Source: Minisyncoccota bacterium (lineage in GTDB: Bacteria; Patescibacteriota; Minisyncoccia; Phycocordibacterales; JACRKE01). Taken from it: a DNA stretch of 64,000 bases. A model generated the notes under the pieces. The model had not been told where the DNA came from and ran no database searches. It worked only from the letters and a program-made list of their open reading frames with translations. The stretch spans positions 115,979-179,978 of the forward strand of contig JBAZWG010000001.1 of NCBI GenBank assembly GCA_041660505.1. Direction: 5' to 3'. The translations under genes and the position numbers were made by a program. Shown here piece by piece: positions 38,518 through 47,051 of this stretch (positions within the stretch are counted from its first letter, which is position 1; each line of letters begins with the position of its first letter).

Positions 38518-39723
38518 ATGAGACAGAATGTCGTCACCGGAATTGACGTGGGTACTTCCGCCGTTCGCGTGGTGGTCGCCATCGGCGCGCAGGATGATGT
38601 GAACCCGCGCGTTATCGCCGCCGTATCACGAGAATCGCACGGCTTGCGACATGGCTATATTGTAAATATCGAAGAGGCGACAGAGAGTATCAAAGAAGCG
38701 ATAAAAGCCGCGGAACAAGCTGCGAGCGTCAAGATCGGCCGCGCGTTCGTGAGTATCGGTGGGATGAGTCTGACCTCTCTTAACGGCGAGGCGTCTGTTA
38801 ATATCCCCGAAGGCAAAGAGGTGGAGGCGTCGGACGTTGACCGCGCGATGAAATCCGCAGAAGAAAATTTAAAGCGTGCAGAGAATTTCAAGATCATTCA
38901 CGTCGTTCCTCTTTCCTACAAGCTCGATGGTAAAAAAGTCTTGGGTAAACCGAACGGCATGATGGGCAAGACGCTCGAGGTGCGAGCTCTGTTCGTCGTT
39001 TGTCTTGAGCAACATTTCAAGAATATGATGAACGCTGTTTCCGCCGCGGGAATAGACATAGAAGACGTCGTCGCCTCCCCCTTAGCCGCCGGCCTCGTAA
39101 CTCTTACCAAGCTCCAACGCATGGCCGGCTGCGTCCTAGCCAACATCGGCGCCGAGACAGTATCTATCGCAGTGTACGAAAATAATAATCCGGTCTATGT
39201 TCACGCCTTCCCCATCGGCTCGGTTGATATCACGAATGACATCGCGCTCGGCTTCCGCATCCCGATAGAAGATGCCGAAAAGGTTAAGACTCATAGGCAA
39301 GATAATCAATATCCCAAGAAAAAATTGGATGAAATAATTATGGCGCGTTTATCCGATATTTTCGAGCTCATCGAAGCACATTTAAAAAAGATTGGGCGCA
39401 ACGGACTTCTGCCGGCAGGTATCGTCATCACGGGTGGCGGCTCGAGCCTCGAGATGATAGAGGCGCTTGCCAAAAGCTCGCTTAAAATCCCGGCGAAGAT
39501 CGCTACCATCCTCTTTCCCAAAGGTACGGAGACGGCGCGCTCGGTCGCGTCGTCGCCATCGGTACCCAAGTCCCCCTTCCCGGTGCGCGATTCATCTTGG
39601 GCGGTTGCCTATGGGCTCTGTATAATCGGGCTCAAAACCGAGGCGGAAGAAGTGATGAGTTTGAAGACCCTTAAACAAACGAAGAATTTTATTTTAGAGT
39701 GGCTTAAGCAGTTTCTTCCTTAG
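38518..39723 (+). CDS. ftsA: Cell division protein FtsA
   Basis: VVTGIDVGTSAVRVVVA actin-fold phosphate-1, IVITGGGS phosphate-2. Immediately upstream of ftsZ. Confidence 0.85.
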   Translation: MRQNVVTGIDVGTSAVRVVVAIGAQDDVNPRVIAAVSRESHGLRHGYIVNIEEATESIKEAIKAAEQAASVKIGRAFVSIGGMSLTSLNGEASVNIPEGKEVEASDVDRAMKSAEENLKRAENFKIIHVVPLSYKLDGKKVLGKPNGMMGKTLEVRALFVVCLEQHFKNMMNAVSAAGIDIEDVVASPLAAGLVTLTKLQRMAGCVLANIGAETVSIAVYENNNPVYVHAFPIGSVDITNDIALGFRIPIEDAEKVKTHRQDNQYPKKKLDEIIMARLSDIFELIEAHLKKIGRNGLLPAGIVITGGGSSLEMIEALAKSSLKIPAKIATILFPKGTETARSVASSPSVPKSPFPVRDSSWAVAYGLCIIGLKTEAEEVMSLKTLKQTKNFILEWLKQFLP

Positions 39724-39726
39724 CGC

Positions 39727-39860
39727 GGTCACCAAGGACTCACCTCTTCCCTCCGCCTTTGGCGGATTCCTGGAGGAGAGACCTTGGTGACTGAATAAGA
39801 AAAAACTGGAATGTTTAAGGTCTCTCCTCCAGAGGGAGGTGAGACCTTGTGAGGTCAAAC
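39727..39860. repeat. Repeat family C. Structured inverted-repeat element(s) in the ftsA-ftsZ intergenic region. A related copy lies at 35721-35786
   Basis: GGTCACCAAGG...CCTTGGTGAC terminal IR encloses CCGCCTTTGGCGG. A second, partial inverted copy is AAGGTCTCTCCTCCAGAGGGAGGTGAGACC. It shares 12-19-mers (AAGGACTCACCT, GGAGAGACCT, CTCTTCCC) with 35.7 kb. Confidence 0.5.
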
Positions 39861-39943
39861 ATCCCAGTTTTTTCCTTAAATTTGTCGGTTTGACTTCTCT
39901 AAAAAATCGCGTAGAATGAGGCATTACGAACAAAAATCATCGT

Positions 39944-41107
39944 ATGCCTAAAATAAATCCGGAAATAGAAGCATTCGCCAGAATAAAAGTCATCGGTGTC
40001 GGCGGTTCGGGCGGTAACGCTATCAACCACATGATCAACTGCAAGGTGCGAGGCGTTGAGTTTATCGCCATGAACACCGACGCGCAAGACCTACATCATT
40101 CGCTCGCACCGAAGAAAATTCATATCGGCAAGAACGTCACACGCGGGAACGGCGCCGGCATGGACCCGAGTATCGGCCGGAAAGCGGCAGAAGAAACCTT
40201 AGAAGAAATCCAGGCAGTCATCAAGGGTGCGGACATGGTCTTCATCGCCGGCGGTATGGGCGGTGGCACAGGCACAGGCGCCGCACCAGTAATCGCCAAG
40301 GTTGCCAAGGAGCAAGGTTCGCTCACCGTCGGCGTCGTCACCAAACCGTTCATGTTCGAGGGCGCCCAGCGTGGCAGACTGGCCCAAGAAGGGCTCGATG
40401 AACTTTCGAAAGAAGTTGACGCATTAATTTTAGTGCAAAACGACCGTCTCTCCGGAATCATAGACAAGAACACAACACTCGCCGCCGCCTTCGCGCTCTG
40501 TGACGACGTACTGCGACAAGCTGTTGAAGGTATCTCCGACCTTATCACGACCCAGGGCATCATCAACCTCGACTTCGCCGACATCCGCGCCGTCATGCAG
40601 AACGCCGGCTCGGCCCTCATGGGTATCGGTGCGGCCGTAGGCGAGAATCGCGCGACAGAGGCTGCCCGCATGGCCATCAATTCTCCGCTCCTCGACCTAT
40701 CGATCGAAGGCGCCAAGGGTGTACTCTTCGCTATCGCCGGTGGTGACGACATGACGATGTTCGAGATCCAAGAGGCAGCCAAGGTCATTACCGAGTCTAT
40801 CGACAAAGATGCCAAGGTCATCTTCGGCGCCATCAGAGATGAGAAACTTAAGAAGAACGAGTTGCGCGTTACCGTCATCGCCTCCGGCTTCCCAAGCCAG
40901 AATTACAGCAAAGGCTTGCCGATAGTCGGCCAGCACACAGAATCCAAACCGCGCGAGCAGAAAGAAGAGAAGCAGTCCTTCATGTCACGCATTACAAAGA
41001 CTGCTCCGGCCCCAGAGCCAGAACCCGAGCCGGAGCCGGAGGCAATAGAACCAGAACAAGAAGACTGGTCATCAGTCCCCGCCTTCCTGCGAAGAAACAA
41101 GAAATAA
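39944..41107 (+). CDS. ftsZ: Cell division protein FtsZ
   Basis: GVGGSGGNA, GGGTGTGAAPV tubulin signature. C-terminal Pro/Glu-rich linker and conserved tail. Confidence 0.95.
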   Translation: MPKINPEIEAFARIKVIGVGGSGGNAINHMINCKVRGVEFIAMNTDAQDLHHSLAPKKIHIGKNVTRGNGAGMDPSIGRKAAEETLEEIQAVIKGADMVFIAGGMGGGTGTGAAPVIAKVAKEQGSLTVGVVTKPFMFEGAQRGRLAQEGLDELSKEVDALILVQNDRLSGIIDKNTTLAAAFALCDDVLRQAVEGISDLITTQGIINLDFADIRAVMQNAGSALMGIGAAVGENRATEAARMAINSPLLDLSIEGAKGVLFAIAGGDDMTMFEIQEAAKVITESIDKDAKVIFGAIRDEKLKKNELRVTVIASGFPSQNYSKGLPIVGQHTESKPREQKEEKQSFMSRITKTAPAPEPEPEPEPEAIEPEQEDWSSVPAFLRRNKK

Positions 41108-41108
41108 C

Positions 41109-41145
41109 AAAAAACAACCCGCCTCATCGGCGGGTTGTTTTTTGT
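41109..41145. terminator. Bidirectional intrinsic terminator between ftsZ and the RRM-protein gene
   Basis: AACAACCCGCC-TCAT-CGGCGGGTTGTT, flanked by A-run and T-run. Confidence 0.6.
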
Positions 41146-41157
41146 TCTGCGAAGGGT

Positions 41158-41460
41158 TTAGTTTCGAGGACCGAATGAGCGCGGAGCGCCACCCATACCG
41201 CCTGTTCGAGGCTGCATCGGGCGAGCTTCGTTAACCGTCAAGCGACGGCCTTCTAGCTCCTTGCCATTCCACATCTCGATAGCTTTGTCTGCATCTGCAT
41301 CATTGTCGAACTCGACGAACCCGAAGCCTTTTGAGCGACCGGTCATCTTGTCCATAATGATCGTTGCTGACGATACCGCACCCGCCTGAGCGAAGGCAGC
41401 TTTGAGGCTGTCATCATTCATCGAGTAAGGAATGCCACCGACGTACAATTTCTTTGCCAT
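41158..41460 (-). CDS. RRM-domain RNA-binding protein (glycine-rich tail)
   Basis: RNP2 LYVGGI and RNP1 KGFGFVEF. Start at MAKKLYVGG. The upstream ~180 nt form a long structured 5' UTR. Confidence 0.75.
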   Translation of the reverse strand: MAKKLYVGGIPYSMNDDSLKAAFAQAGAVSSATIIMDKMTGRSKGFGFVEFDNDADADKAIEMWNGKELEGRRLTVNEARPMQPRTGGMGGAPRSFGPRN

Positions 41461-41705
41461 TATGTGAGATTCTTTTTTTCCTCCGACGCCCGTCTTGCGG
41501 GGTACGGAGAGCCGACTGTAACGTCGGCTTTGCTGTAAGGCGACCTGTCTCTTTGGTCCTACTCTTTGTTTTAGCTTCTTTCTTGTGAAAAGGAGCTCAC
41601 ATAAGGGCACGGAAACCTACGAGTTCACTTACTATGCCTACAAGTCTAGCATGACCTTGAGCTTTGTCAAACGAGTATATTTTTGCTATAGTGTGCAGGC
41701 GCAAA

Positions 41706-41779
41706 AGCGCGATTAGCTCATCTGGTTAGAGCGCGACATTGACATTGTCGAGGTAACAGGTTCGACCCCTGTATCGCGC
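41706..41779 (+). tRNA. tRNA-Val (anticodon GAC)
   Basis: GCGCGAT acceptor pairs with ATCGCGC. D-arm GCTCATCTGGTTAGAGC. Anticodon stem CGACA/TGTCG with loop TTGACAT. Confidence 0.85.
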
Positions 41780-41784
41780 ACAAA

Positions 41785-42387
41785 TTAGCTTTTCCATTCT
41801 GTGAGCTTACCCGCTTCTCGCTCAAGCGCGTCGGCTTTGCGTAAATTTTTCAGCACGATTTCGGGCGCTATCGCATAGTGTTTTATTTCTTCCATAGCTT
41901 CATCAATCCCCCACAAGTTTTCTTCTTCACACTCCCAGCCTTTTTCGAAGCTATTCAAATTAAGCGGGCGCGAATAACTTCGCAATGTCTTGCGCCCGTC
42001 GTCGGTAAAATATTCATGAAAGTATGATAGTGCCAGCTCGCGCAGTGTTCGGTAAACTGGCTCGCGATATCTTAAAACTGCGTGATTAGTCTTGGATAAA
42101 GCCCCCCAATGATCAGAAACTTTAAACGGCGCGATAATATGATTCCAGTCATTACTCGTATCAAGATGCATTAAGAGCGGCTTGTGTCCGTGAAGCGAGA
42201 GTATATACGCGCCGAGCATTGCGCCTTCGAGGCAATGAGCGCTATGCGTGCGCATCACCATTAAAGGCGACTTGGCGGTATCAATACCGTCTGGCTCGAA
42301 ATTAATCGGGATAGTATTTAAGAAGTCTTGCACCTTTGCTGGCGTGTTTAAACTGCGAAATAATTTCTGCCCAGAAGCGCTAAACAT
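41785..42387 (-). CDS. Hypothetical protein (possible Cys/His hydrolase fold)
   Basis: 200 aa. Conserved-looking HSAHCLEGAMLGAYIL segment. No confident family assignment. Confidence 0.45.
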   Translation of the reverse strand: MFSASGQKLFRSLNTPAKVQDFLNTIPINFEPDGIDTAKSPLMVMRTHSAHCLEGAMLGAYILSLHGHKPLLMHLDTSNDWNHIIAPFKVSDHWGALSKTNHAVLRYREPVYRTLRELALSYFHEYFTDDGRKTLRSYSRPLNLNSFEKGWECEEENLWGIDEAMEEIKHYAIAPEIVLKNLRKADALEREAGKLTEWKS

Positions 42388-42398
42388 GAGGCTATTCT

Positions 42399-42433
42399 AA
42401 CAGAGCTTGACAAAATAAATCAAGCATGATACA
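42399..42433 (+). promoter_or_regulatory. Sigma-70-like promoter of cspA (TTGACA-17 nt-TACACT) with ~80-nt 5' UTR
   Basis: CTTGACAAAATAAATCAAGCATGATACACTATACAG. Confidence 0.45.
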
Positions 42434-42515
42434 CTATACAGACATAAGAAGTCTCTAAGAAACGTCGTCGAAGTTCGAAAAGCTACTTACATTAGAAACT
42501 AGAAACAAGTCTTAC

Positions 42516-42716
42516 ATGACAGGAACAATCAAGACCTTAGTACGAGATCGCGGATTCGGCTTCATTGCCGCTGAAGGACTCGCTAAGGACATTTTCTTCC
42601 ACAGCAAATCTCTCGTCGGTGTCGATTTTATGACACTTAACGAAGGCGATGCGGTCTCATTCGACCAGGAAGAGTCCCCGAAGGGCCCGAATGCCGTGAA
42701 CGTGCAGAAGGCATAA
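42516..42716 (+). CDS. cspA: Cold-shock protein (CspA family)
   Basis: GTIKTLVRDRGFGFI...DIFFHSKS. RNP motifs of the cold-shock domain. Confidence 0.85.
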   Translation: MTGTIKTLVRDRGFGFIAAEGLAKDIFFHSKSLVGVDFMTLNEGDAVSFDQEESPKGPNAVNVQKA

Positions 42717-42737
42717 ATCACGCCGTATTCCAAAAAA

Positions 42738-42768
42738 ACAGTCCGATTAACTTCGGGCTGTTTTTTTG
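42738..42768 (+). terminator. Intrinsic terminator after cspA
   Basis: AACAGTCCG...CGGGCTGTT stem followed by TTTTTTT. Confidence 0.55.
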
Positions 42769-42817
42769 TCGCACAAGGCAGTCTTCTGCGAGCCCAAGAA
42801 GACTGCCTTGTGCGACT
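42769..42817. repeat. 19-bp perfect inverted repeat (GTCGCACAAGGCAGTCTTC-N11-GAAGACTGCCTTGTGCGAC) at the left border of the GC-rich island
   Basis: Read directly from the sequence. No other copy in the window. Confidence 0.6.
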
Positions 42818-42903
42818 TTACAAAAAGCCGGTTCGCGTATACCATAGACATCTGTACTGCATGAGTCGTGTGGACTTGTGCTTGAAAGGGAAAAGGAGGA
42901 GTC

Positions 42904-43263
42904 TTGCCCACTTCACTCGGAGTCGAGATTGAACTGTTGCCGCCTCATTTGGCGGCGGATGAATTGCTCGTGTTTCTCCAGCACTGGTGGATGGACCGGC
43001 ACGATGAGCCCGGCCCACTTCTGCGTGATGGAGAGATCCGAGCCGAGGGTCGCAAGGCCCTGCGCCAGGTCATCGAGCACGGCGTGCCCGATGACCGCTG
43101 GAAGGTGAAGGATGTGCTCCAGCGCGCAGGGGTCACCGGCTTTTCGCCGGACGGCAACTGGCTCGAGAACGACTGGGTCGTTCTCGAAACCTTCGTCTCG
43201 ACCAACTGGCCCGCCGAGCCGAGCCACGAAGGCCAGCCCGAGTCGGCAAATCTCACCTTCTAG
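42904..43263 (+). CDS. Hypothetical protein (GC-rich island). TTG start after AAGGAGGA
   Basis: Strong GC3 bias. A competing antisense ORF (42913..43356) is also open, so the strand is uncertain. Confidence 0.3.
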   Translation: MPTSLGVEIELLPPHLAADELLVFLQHWWMDRHDEPGPLLRDGEIRAEGRKALRQVIEHGVPDDRWKVKDVLQRAGVTGFSPDGNWLENDWVVLETFVSTNWPAEPSHEGQPESANLTF

Positions 43264-43546
43264 CCGATTCCTCTCCAGCGCCACACAACTCTCACTAAGC
43301 CGCTCAAGATCCCAGGATCGCGAGCGGCTTCGAACTTTCTGCCAAACCCTTTCCAAATTTTTTTCTAAATAAATCAGCGACCGCTTATTTATTTAGAATT
43401 GTGTTTTTCATTTTTTTAAAATGTGGGAACGTAAAAGGCCGGCGTCTCAAAAAGACAACGCCGGCCCTGGTTACACACGTATTAGTGAATCTGCTGTGAT
43501 CAAACGCTCACGACCGGCGCATTCTTCTTCTTAGCGGGCAAGGGTT

Positions 43547-45013
43547 TTAGTTCTTACCCTTCTCCGACGAGTTGAACCAGCCCGGGAAGTACTGCTGGCG
43601 GAGCTTGTCGATGAGGTTGTCTGCCTTATCCATTCTGTCGTCTCCCATGTTTCGCAGAAAGCTCTTCAAAGCTTTGCGATAACGAGCGACCGAGAACCTC
43701 CAGTCCTTGATTGCTGACTTGAGGCTTTCTTTCTCGACGGCGTTGAGCATGTCAGACATGGATAGGACCACGATGGCCTCTTCCTTGTCGAGGAGGTCTT
43801 CGAGAGACCACCTCGTGAGATCGAGCCGATCCATGTAGGACCAACCCTCGAACCCACCGTACCCGAACAACACCGGGTAGTTCTGACGATACAGCTGATC
43901 ATATCCTTGTCGGATTGATGCTCCGATGAGGACGATGACGGCCTCGCCAGCCGTCATCTTGTTTGCCACGGACTCGACTTTAGAGGCGTCGAGCTTCTTC
44001 TTGAGTCCCGCGAGGAACGGAAACTTCTTCAAGAGCTTGGTCTCCTGCTCTGGCGTGAGTGGCCTCGGTTGGGCCTTCAGCTTCCTCGCCGGAGCCTTCA
44101 ACTTCTCGATGGCTGCGGGTACCCTTGCTGGCGCTTGCAAGGCAAGCATGGCGGCCAGAACATCCTGCTCGCCGTCGATGACGACGTCGTGCTCGGTCCC
44201 AAAATCCTGTCCACGATCCCAACCCTCCGCGAACTGGCAAAGCTGGTAGATGCCAGATCGTGGCCCGCCTCCCATCTGCAGAGCGGCGACCAGTTTCTTG
44301 GCGATCTCCGTGTCCAAAGCCCCATTGACGTCAGGGGCACTGTCGAGGACCTCGTCGAGTATCTTCTCGGCCTCGAGAACCCGCTCGAAGTAGTCGAGAG
44401 GCCCAGTGAGAACATGCCGCTTGAATACCGAAGTGGTAGCAATCTGGGCGCCCATTCGCGCCCATGTATCACTCATGTTGACGAGCCTCGTGGCGCGGTC
44501 AATCCGCTCCTGAAGTGGCGCAGGTGTCCGGAACGGGTCAACTGCCGTCATACCAGAAACTTCCCACTGTACTACGTAGGCCGTGTCTGGTGAAAGGCCA
44601 TCGATAGTGACGCTCCCGTAGCCGTTGTTGTTTGAGGATACAAACATGTTCGTGTAGTCCTGGCCGTTCAAACGGACCGTGACATTAGCGAGCTGTTCGA
44701 TTGCTGGCATTTCCTCCGGCTGAGCGGGGAAAACTACTCGCACCCACCCAACCGCGGAGTGGTCTGACATCACGTTGACTCCGTGTGTGTCGATCATTCC
44801 GGACGACACAGGAACGGCTGTCGTTGTGGGAGTCGGCGGCAGGTCGCGTGACGCTGCCGTGGCCGTGTTGGCCGCGCGGGCCTTCACGACGTCCTTGGCT
44901 GTCGCCGGCGTGGGGTCGAACCCCATGCCATTGACGCCTGCTCCGCACCCGAACGAACCGAAAACGAGTCCTGCGACCAGGAAGGTCGCGATGATGATCC
45001 GAATGGCGTGCAT
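43547..45013 (-). CDS. Secreted/lipoprotein, hypothetical (GC-rich island)
   Basis: Signal peptide with FGCGAG lipobox-like motif. 488 aa. Thr/Pro-rich linker, then a helical domain. Confidence 0.5.
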   Translation of the reverse strand: MHAIRIIIATFLVAGLVFGSFGCGAGVNGMGFDPTPATAKDVVKARAANTATAASRDLPPTPTTTAVPVSSGMIDTHGVNVMSDHSAVGWVRVVFPAQPEEMPAIEQLANVTVRLNGQDYTNMFVSSNNNGYGSVTIDGLSPDTAYVVQWEVSGMTAVDPFRTPAPLQERIDRATRLVNMSDTWARMGAQIATTSVFKRHVLTGPLDYFERVLEAEKILDEVLDSAPDVNGALDTEIAKKLVAALQMGGGPRSGIYQLCQFAEGWDRGQDFGTEHDVVIDGEQDVLAAMLALQAPARVPAAIEKLKAPARKLKAQPRPLTPEQETKLLKKFPFLAGLKKKLDASKVESVANKMTAGEAVIVLIGASIRQGYDQLYRQNYPVLFGYGGFEGWSYMDRLDLTRWSLEDLLDKEEAIVVLSMSDMLNAVEKESLKSAIKDWRFSVARYRKALKSFLRNMGDDRMDKADNLIDKLRQQYFPGWFNSSEKGKN

Positions 45014-45213
45014 TTGCCACTCTCCTTTCTTTGCCCTGCTGTGTGATACAGACGGGGCGGTAATGGTCCTTTGAGACCGTTGCGCTTAGGCAAAGCAATG
45101 CTTAACCCAAGAATAACGGCCCCAAATAACCTTACTTTGCTTGTTTATTTTGATTCACTAAACGTATGTCAAAGATCGAAATAACCCGTACATAGTAGCA
45201 CACCTATTGACAT

Positions 45214-45290
45214 TCTGTCAAGGAGTTAAATATTATTTAAATAGGCCATTGATTGACATTATGTCAAATATAGTGTAGTATTTAAAGGAT
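45214..45290. promoter_or_regulatory. Divergent promoter region with two TTGACA-N3-TGTCAA palindromic operator-like sites
   Basis: TATTGACATTCTGTCAAGGAG at ~45213-45230. TTGACATTATGTCAA at ~45251-45265, followed 17 nt later by TAGTAT (-10-like). Confidence 0.4.
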
Positions 45291-45346
45291 TTCTTCGTTG
45301 ACAACGCCCATACCGGGCATCATAGTTTTATCCACGGAGGTGGATT

Positions 45347-46957
45347 ATGGTTCTCTTTATCGTAGCGATGATTCTGGTTTGCGGTCTCGGCAACATCGGC
45401 TGTGACCCTGCGGACTTCCCGCAGGCGCAGTCTGGCATCCAGCCCGCTTCGACCAGCTCGTGCTGGCCGTCGCAGGTTATGACAGCCACGGTGGCCGAGG
45501 TCGTTGCCCACAACAATCCTGCGACGGTCAGCCAGACCATCGCAGGGAGAATCGGGCAGGACTTCGGTGGTATCGTCGTCGACGCGACCGCAGCACGACG
45601 AGACATTGAGGTGTGGTCGTTGGTTCAAGTTATTGAGACGACCAACGGCGCCATGCCGACGATGCTTACAAACCTGCAGATGTTCAAGGGCACAGCGCCG
45701 TTGAACACAGGATCGGCGATTGCGAACCCTAGCACCTCCGCAGTGCTTGTGGTCTTCGACCAGCCGGTCTATGTCCCCCATGGGACGGTCGCGACATTCG
45801 CGACCAAGGCCAACGTTTCGGCGGCGGCACCTGTCGGTGCGAAGTTCTCACTTCGCAATGCCGGTGTTGTCGCATTCGAGGCCGGTGGTGGCCCACTCGT
45901 TCCAGTTGCGATTGACCGAACCACTGCGGGAAATACGGTCACAGTCGTTCGCTCTGGCCTTGCGCTAGGTACCGACACGTCCTCGCCTAGCTACCAACAA
46001 GTGGCTGGCGGGACGGTGAACGTCCTTGCGACGGTCGTGAAGTTCCGGGCAACAAGCGAGAACGTGAGGCTTCAGCGCCTCTATCTCGCTCTGGTTTCCG
46101 GGAGCACGTCCAGTATCGTGCAGGGTACAGTCTGGTTGGGCTCCGCGCAAGTTGGGTCGGTAACGTGGACGGGCGTGAGCACGCGTGCAACTTGCACGCT
46201 TGACTCACCCGTGGACATCCCCGACGGTCAGGATGTGCCGATGATTGTCCGAGTTGACGTGGCACCAATCGGCGTCAACCAACCCGGCCGGTCCGGCGAG
46301 CTCATCAGGCTCACCGTAATCGGCGCCGACGCCATTGGCCTCGAGTCCGGCGAGTCGGTCACAGCAACTGGCTCGGCAGAATCGATGGGCTTTCGCACGT
46401 ACAAGTCCGTGTCCACCATCTCGCTCGACTCGCTCCCCACGCAGGGAGCAACGGACGGGCGGTTGATGCGGTTCAAGGTCGCGGCCAACCCGCTTGGCAG
46501 CATCGGACTTGCGAAATTGAGCTTCCGGGTCAATACGACCGGTTGCTCGACTTCGGGTTTTAGTCTGACAATGTATGGGGATCCTGGTTACGCTATTACG
46601 GTGGGTAGCGGTGTGTTCAAGGCCACCGGTGCAACGCCAACGAGTTCCGGCCTCGTCGAGATTCTCGGCGAGCCAACCATCAATGCCGCCGCCGGAACTC
46701 AAATGTTCTTCGAGCTCCGAGCAAATGTGGCACCGAGTGGAGTGGATTACTCGGTGGTCACGACCTTGCTCGGAGAGACTGCGCCCCTGCCGCCAGCAGG
46801 GATGTCTTCGGCTCCGGAGGTCGACGGCCACGGCGGGCGCTTCATCTGGACGCCGAACAGCCTCTTCCAGTCCGGTCTCGTAGACCTCGACTGGACGAAC
46901 GGGTTCGGGGTACTGGGTCTGCCCTCGAGCGGGCTCGCCCAAGTCCGTACTAACTAA
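45347..46957 (+). CDS. Secreted surface/adhesin-like protein (lipoprotein signal, Ala/Thr/Gly/Val-rich beta-rich), GC-rich island
   Basis: Signal peptide with VCGLGNIGC. 536 aa, low complexity, beta-strand-like. No enzymatic motif. Confidence 0.5.
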   Translation: MVLFIVAMILVCGLGNIGCDPADFPQAQSGIQPASTSSCWPSQVMTATVAEVVAHNNPATVSQTIAGRIGQDFGGIVVDATAARRDIEVWSLVQVIETTNGAMPTMLTNLQMFKGTAPLNTGSAIANPSTSAVLVVFDQPVYVPHGTVATFATKANVSAAAPVGAKFSLRNAGVVAFEAGGGPLVPVAIDRTTAGNTVTVVRSGLALGTDTSSPSYQQVAGGTVNVLATVVKFRATSENVRLQRLYLALVSGSTSSIVQGTVWLGSAQVGSVTWTGVSTRATCTLDSPVDIPDGQDVPMIVRVDVAPIGVNQPGRSGELIRLTVIGADAIGLESGESVTATGSAESMGFRTYKSVSTISLDSLPTQGATDGRLMRFKVAANPLGSIGLAKLSFRVNTTGCSTSGFSLTMYGDPGYAITVGSGVFKATGATPTSSGLVEILGEPTINAAAGTQMFFELRANVAPSGVDYSVVTTLLGETAPLPPAGMSSAPEVDGHGGRFIWTPNSLFQSGLVDLDWTNGFGVLGLPSSGLAQVRTN

Positions 46958-46987
46958 ACTGTGCGAGGTTGAACCTCGCACAGTTTG
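46957..46987. terminator. Hairpin (AAACTGTGCGAGGTTGAACCTCGCACAGTTT) at the right border of the island. Contains the 13-bp palindrome
   Basis: 12-bp stem around a self-complementary core. Confidence 0.45.
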
Positions 46988-47051
46988 ATTCAGCTCTTTC
47001 TCGCAACCCGGCTTCCATGTGGAAGTCCGGGTTGCTTTGTTTTTATACTGC

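Noticed and set aside
40120-40878. 252-aa minus-strand ORF inside ftsZ
   Set aside because: Antisense to ftsZ, with an Ala/Ser/Pro-rich nonsense translation. An artefact of GC-rich codons on the sense strand.
40975-41075. PEPEPEPEAIEPEQE low-complexity repeat near the 3' end of ftsZ
   Set aside because: This is the natural disordered C-terminal linker of FtsZ. It encodes (PE)n and is not a mobile or regulatory repeat.
42913-43356. 147-aa minus-strand ORF overlapping the plus-strand hypothetical at 42904..43263
   Set aside because: Both frames are open in GC-rich DNA. The plus-strand frame has an AAGGAGGA RBS and sits in operon orientation after the island border. Neither is confident, so only the plus ORF is listed, at low confidence.
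45320-46981. Multiple long minus-strand ORFs (for example 46205..46981, 258 aa) in the GC-rich island
   Set aside because: High GC suppresses stop codons on all frames. The plus-strand 536-aa ORF has a signal peptide, a coherent protein-like composition and a promoter upstream.
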